Below, one piece after another: positions 17,701 through 23,700 of a stretch of 38,083 bases of DNA (positions within the stretch are counted from its first letter, which is position 1; every line of letters starts with the position of its first letter). Source of the stretch: Candidatus Aenigmatarchaeota archaeon (lineage in GTDB: Archaea; Aenigmatarchaeota; Aenigmatarchaeia; CG10238-14; SCSR01); contig JAPLUY010000040.1 of NCBI GenBank assembly GCA_026397385.1, positions 1-38,083 of the forward strand, in the 5' to 3' direction. The notes under the pieces are model-generated. The model saw only the letters and a program-made list of their open reading frames with translations. It did not search any database and was not told where the DNA came from. The translations under genes and the position numbers were made by a program.

Positions 17701-20700
17701 TGTACACGGAGGACGATGGCATAGTGCAGCACGTGGACAACAACGTTGTCACGGGGAACACCGTCTCTAGGACCTGGCTCTCTGGCATAGTCGTTTCCCT
17801 TCGCGGGATGGAGGACTTCGGGCAGCATAACACGATAGCATACAACACCCTCATCGACTGCGGCACGGATCAGACCCACTCGGGCATCAGCATCGGCTGG
17901 GGGTTGGGAAACGCGGTCGTCGGCCACGCAGACTACAACGAATGCCACGATAACGAGATATACGAGACGGGAGCCTACGTCGTCAGCAATCCCATGGTGA
18001 TCAAGGGTGTGTCTAACCACGTGTGGTCGAACACGATACACGACGTGGGCACGACGGCCATAGTCATCAGCGGGCATGACAATCTGGTGGAGAACAACTC
18101 GGTGAGCAGGGTCAAGAACCTAGCTTCCTTCGGGATAGAGCTCTGGAACGCGAACAGCAACACGGTTCGGAACAACACCGTCAATCAGGTGCCGCATAGC
18201 TGCATCTGGCTGCTCAACGACTGCAGCGGGAACAAGATAGACGGGAATACTATCATGGGCTGGGGCGTTTACGGAGCATACATCGAGGGGAGCGGTAACT
18301 ACATAACCAACAACAAGTTCTACGGGCTCGCATCGACCATGATTATGGATTCCGGTGTCGGGAACGTGAAGACGAACAATATCAATTATCCCACCGCCAC
18401 GCCAACCACGACGACCGCACCGACCACGACAACGACTACAACCACACTTCCCTCGTGCACGTCGCTCACGCTTTTCCCTGCGTCGGGTGCGACGAGCTAC
18501 ACCGTGACGGCCACGATGCCGTACAGCACGTGCAAACTCTGCGATTATCTCGGATGCTCGGGCAGCAACTGCATGGGAACGTCAATACGCACGGGCAGCG
18601 GGACATTCACCGCGCCCGGAGCCGCGGGCGTGTTCGGATATTATGCATGCCCGGGCGGAGGGTATGCGAGTATAACGGTCGCCGCGGCGACAACGACTAC
18701 TGTGCCTGCGACCACTACGACCGTTCTTCCAACGACCACGACCTCGCCGACTCCGGCAGCTTACGGTTATACAGTTTCCACCGACGGCACCAACTATTAC
18801 GCCAAGACGGCTTCTGGAAATGTAGCAGCGCAAGGCACGGACTTCGGCGCGTTGATGAACACGCTCAACGGGCAACTTAAGACTGGCGACGTGGTACTTT
18901 TCAAAAACGGAGTTTACCTTGTCGGTGCGACCACCGTCACCAACGCGAACAAGGATGGCATAACGTATCGCGGCGAGAGCAGGGACGGGGCGATAATCAG
19001 GGCGGCTTCCGCGACATCGACCGGCGCGCTGCTCGTAATCTACAGCGGAGCGGGCGGCATGCACCCCGCGAACAACATCGTCCAGAGCCTCACATTCGAC
19101 GGCAACTTCAACACGGTCATCTCCCCGACGGTGGCGATAGGCGGCTACAACAACACCGTTGAGAACTGCCACTTCATCAACACGATGCAATACGGTCTGC
19201 ACGCGTGGCGCGGGCACAACTTCCGGTTCATCAACAACCGCGTGGAGAAGGCTCAGTACGGCATAAGCACGGGCGCGGACAACACCGAATGGAACACCGG
19301 CGGCATCATCGCGAACAATTACATCACCGACCCGATGGAGGTCGGGATAAAACTCAGGTGGATCAAGGACACGCTCGTGTACAACAACACGGTCGACGTC
19401 ACGTACGTGACGTGGCTCGGAGACGTATACAACGGCCTTTCGTACGACAACGCGGCCGGCATAACGTACTACCACGGCGACGGCCCGACCCAGAATGTGA
19501 CTGTTGCGAACAACACTATATACGACAGGTCGACTACACCAGGCGGGACGGCCGGCGTCTGGGTGTCCGCAGACAACCTTGCGAACCAGGGGTTGTCTTC
19601 GAGCATCTCGGCGAACGAGAAGATAATAAATAACACCATCTACGGCACGAACTGGGGCATAGGGTCGGCGCTCCCCGGCGTCGTGATACAGGGCAACACC
19701 ATATCGAACATCGTCGTCGGCTATTCGATGGGCGGGATGGGCATAGACCTTACGGCTTCACCGAACACTCAGATAACTTCAAACACGTTGGTCAACACGG
19801 GGATAAGCATACGCGGCAGCTCTTCCGGTGTAAGCATCTCCAAAAACACAATCTCCGGAGGCAACACCTACTGGCGGCTAGACGGCGACTGCATAGGCGT
19901 GTGGAACGACGGCACGTCGACGCACGCCGACAGAGCCGTTATAGACGGCAACACTATCAAGAACTGCAGGAGATACGGCGTCGACCTGTACAATTATATA
20001 TCCAATCCGGTCTCAGGCACGACAATAAGCAACAACTGCTTCTCAGCATCCGCGTCCGGAAACATCCTAGACGGCGGCACGGGGACTGTCAACACGAACA
20101 ACGCCGCATGTTCCACCGCGACAACCACTACGACGACTTCGACAACCAGTACAACGACCACTACGATGCCTTCGTGCACGTCGCTCACGCTCTCGCCGTC
20201 ATCGGGCGCGCCCGGGTACACCGTCACAGCGACGATGCAGTACAGCACGTGCAAGATATGCGATTATCTCGGCTGCTCGGGTAGCAGCTGCACAGGCTCG
20301 CAAGGCCGCACGGGCAGCGGCACGTTCACGGCGCCCGGGGCAGCAGGCGCGTTCGGATACTATGCGTGCCCGGGCGCAGGATACGGCACGCTGACAGTAG
20401 TCGCGCCCACTACGACCACCACACTCCCGGTCACCACGACTACGACCACAACGACATCTACGACAGTCCCGGCAACAGGCGGAACAACATACTCCGCAGA
20501 TTTCGAATCCGACGACTCGTTCAAATGGGGCGTAGACGGAGTGGGCGACTATATGTTATACGGCAACCACGTGACCAGCGGTTCCCCACCGCCGTATTGG
20601 ACAAGAGGAGGATGGCCGGCGTATGTGTACCCTGCAGCGCTGACCTTTACCCCGAGCACCCAATTCGTCCATGGCGGCACCCAGTCCGCCAAGCTCTCGA

Positions 20701-23700
20701 TCGTGAACACGAGCCTCGAAGCTACGAGGAGGCTCGAAGTGCTGCATGACTGGGATCCGTCCTCGTCACAATATCTGCAGGAGACGGTCTGGTACTACTT
20801 CCCGTCCTCGATCGCGCCGCTCGACGGCTGGGTGACCTTCCACAGGCCGGTCTACGAGCGGATGTGGGACCAGAACAAAGCCGTCTACTACCAGAACTTC
20901 CAGATATCGGTATCCGCGATGACCGATGGCAGGTCGGCGACGATCGGGCAGCAGATAATGGTCCTGAGCCTGGGCAAGGGCAACATCGACAACAACAACG
21001 ACGGCGTTACGGAGACGTGGACGAACATGAACGCCGACCTCTACTCCAATCGTGACTCCAGCCAGACCGTGCCCAGCTCTTGGCAGACCCAGCGGTCGGG
21101 GCTGCAGCTCCCACTTGACAAGTGGTTCAAGGTCACTTCCATTGTATACAGGAACCTCACCGACTTCAACAACGGCTACGTGAAGGTGTGGATCGACGAC
21201 AACCTCGTCTGGGACGTTCAGTGGACGAGGACGGTCGGCATCGCACCATCCGTGCTAAAAGCGATCGATTCGCTGCCGTCCGACCCTCAGGGATACTTAT
21301 GTTCGGGATTTGGTTTGTACACCGATATCGGTACGAAGCCTAAAACGATCTACGCCGATGATGTCACGATCTCCAGTTCGACGCTTTCATCATCCACGTA
21401 CAAGCTTACCATGTTATCATCCGTAGGCGGCACGATCGACCCGGTCCCCGGCGCGTACACGTATCCGAACAACACGAGGGTGAACATCACCGCCTATCCA
21501 ACGTCCGGCTACAGGTTCGTGCTATGGCTGAGGAACGGCGTTAACGCTTCGACAGACAACCCGTCATACCTGATGACGACCTCGGACAAGACGGCACAGC
21601 CGATGTTCGAAACCGTAACGACCACGACGCTCCCATCAACGACCACGACGCTCCCATCAACGACTACGACGATCAAGCCAACGACCACGACCCTTCCGCA
21701 GCCCTGCCGCCTGGCGTCCGCGTCATTGTCGCCGAACTGCGCGGGCGGCAGCTCGTCCGCATGCGAGAAAGGCGAGACGGTATCGATGTCCGGCACTTAT
21801 ACGGGCGACTGCGCCGCGGCGAACTTCCTGCAGGTCGACGCGCTATCGAGCGACGGCCTCTGCGACATCCAGTACGTCGGAGGGACCATGCAGGGCGTAA
21901 GCGCGCCTTCCATAACATTGTCTGGCGGAACGGTCAGCGGTTCATGGGCCGTACCTGTGATTGCATCCTCGTGCTCTGGTAAAACCATGAATCCTACTTA
22001 TGCAGCTCTCTGGAAAGGCGTGCCAGTCACGGGCACGCAGATTAACATGACCTCGTCGACGAGCGGCTCGTTAGCGCTCGCCGCCACTCCGACTACGACG
22101 ACAACCATAGCGCAGTCCACGACTACGACCCAGCAGAGTACCACTGCGTACGTGGTGTCGGCTTCCGGTTCCACGTACTACGCCAAGTCCCCGTCAGGAA
22201 GCACGCTCTACTCCGGCGCGTCAGCCACGTCCGCTATACAGACTGCGATAAACTCCGCAAGTGCCGGAAGCTCGGTGCTGCTGAAGGCAGCGACGTATCT
22301 TCTGGACAGTACGATATACGGCAAGAACGGAGTAAGCCTGAAGGGCGAAGCCGGATCGATACTTTCGCTCAGTAACCTCGGCACCTACGGCCAGGCCTTG
22401 GACTACAGCGGCACTACAGGCGCCTCCACGATCAGTGCCGCGCAGGCGGCAAAGGGAGCGACTTCGATAACTGTGTCGTCCGCATCGGGCATATCGGCCG
22501 GCAGCCTCGTCTTCATCTATAACAACGGCGTCGAATGGAAGGGTAACACCCGGCACCAGAAACAGGGAGAGATTCGCGCAGTAAGCTCGGTCAGCGGTGG
22601 CACCGTCTACCTGGCGCAGCCGCTCGAGGACACGTACGCGTCTGGGTCGAGTGTCGTCGTTGTCAATCCGGCGAAGAACTTCGAAGTGTCCGGACTGACA
22701 TTCAACGGAGTCCGAGGTCTTGACCAGTATGGCGTGACTGTCGAGTACGGCCAGAACGTGAAGATACATGACAACAACTTCAGCTATTGCCAACTGAACG
22801 GCGTAGGGTTCAGGAACGTCCTCGACTCGGAGATCTACAAAAACAGGATGGTGCATTCCGACACGGCCGGCTACGGGTACGGGGTGTCGCTGGCCTACGC
22901 CTGCCAGAATGTCTCGGTGTACGACAATTATATGGAGACGAACAGACACGCGATAGCCATCGGCGGCGGGTCGGGTGCGGGGATACCCAGGCATATCAAC
23001 CTGTACAGGGACCATTCATACAACGCCACGAACGCCGGCTTCGACTGCCATCCTGTCGGCGAGGACATCAACTATGTAAACTGCTGGTCTGAGAGCGACC
23101 AGCACGGGTTCAACGTCGAGATGTTCTCCGGTGTCGTTAGCGGCAACCTCGTGACGAACTCGCACGAGGAGGGCATCGAGATAAGCAACCTCGTCGGATC
23201 GGACAACGTCACGATATCTAACAACACGGTTGTCGGCTCATGGCACATGGGGATACAGTCGAACAGCAAGCGCGTCAACATACTTTACAACAACCTCACG
23301 AACTGTGGCCAGTCGGCCGGATACTACGCCATCTACCTCGCGCGCGGTTCCAACACGGACAACGACGCCATAGTCTACAACTACAGCGCCGACTATAACA
23401 ACATCTACGGGAACACCATCAAGTCGACCACCGGAAGCGGAACGACCTACATCGCCACCGGAGTGGTCGGCACGACTTACAATGCCCCAACCACGACTAC
23501 AACGACTTTGCCGTCGGCGAGCAACACTTACACAGTTTTGGTTTCGGGTTCGACATACACTTCAAAGAACCCATCGGGTTCGACAATCTACTCGGGCACC
23601 TTGGCTGCCTCCGCGATCCAGTCGGCGTTGAACTCCGTCGGGACGGGGCAGACCGTGTACATAAAAAGCGGCACCTATCCTATCAACTTGCCGCTGAGTG

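Noticed and set aside
13359-22082. Diversity-generating retroelement (template/variable repeat pair) as an explanation for the repeated modules
   Set aside because: Differences between copies are not adenine-specific. They are mostly synonymous third-position changes of all types. No reverse transcriptase is present in the window.
13300-22100. CRISPR-like or tandem non-coding repeats
   Set aside because: The repeats are 170-380 nt, in frame, irregularly spaced and translate into conserved protein modules. I found no short direct repeats with unique spacers anywhere in the window.
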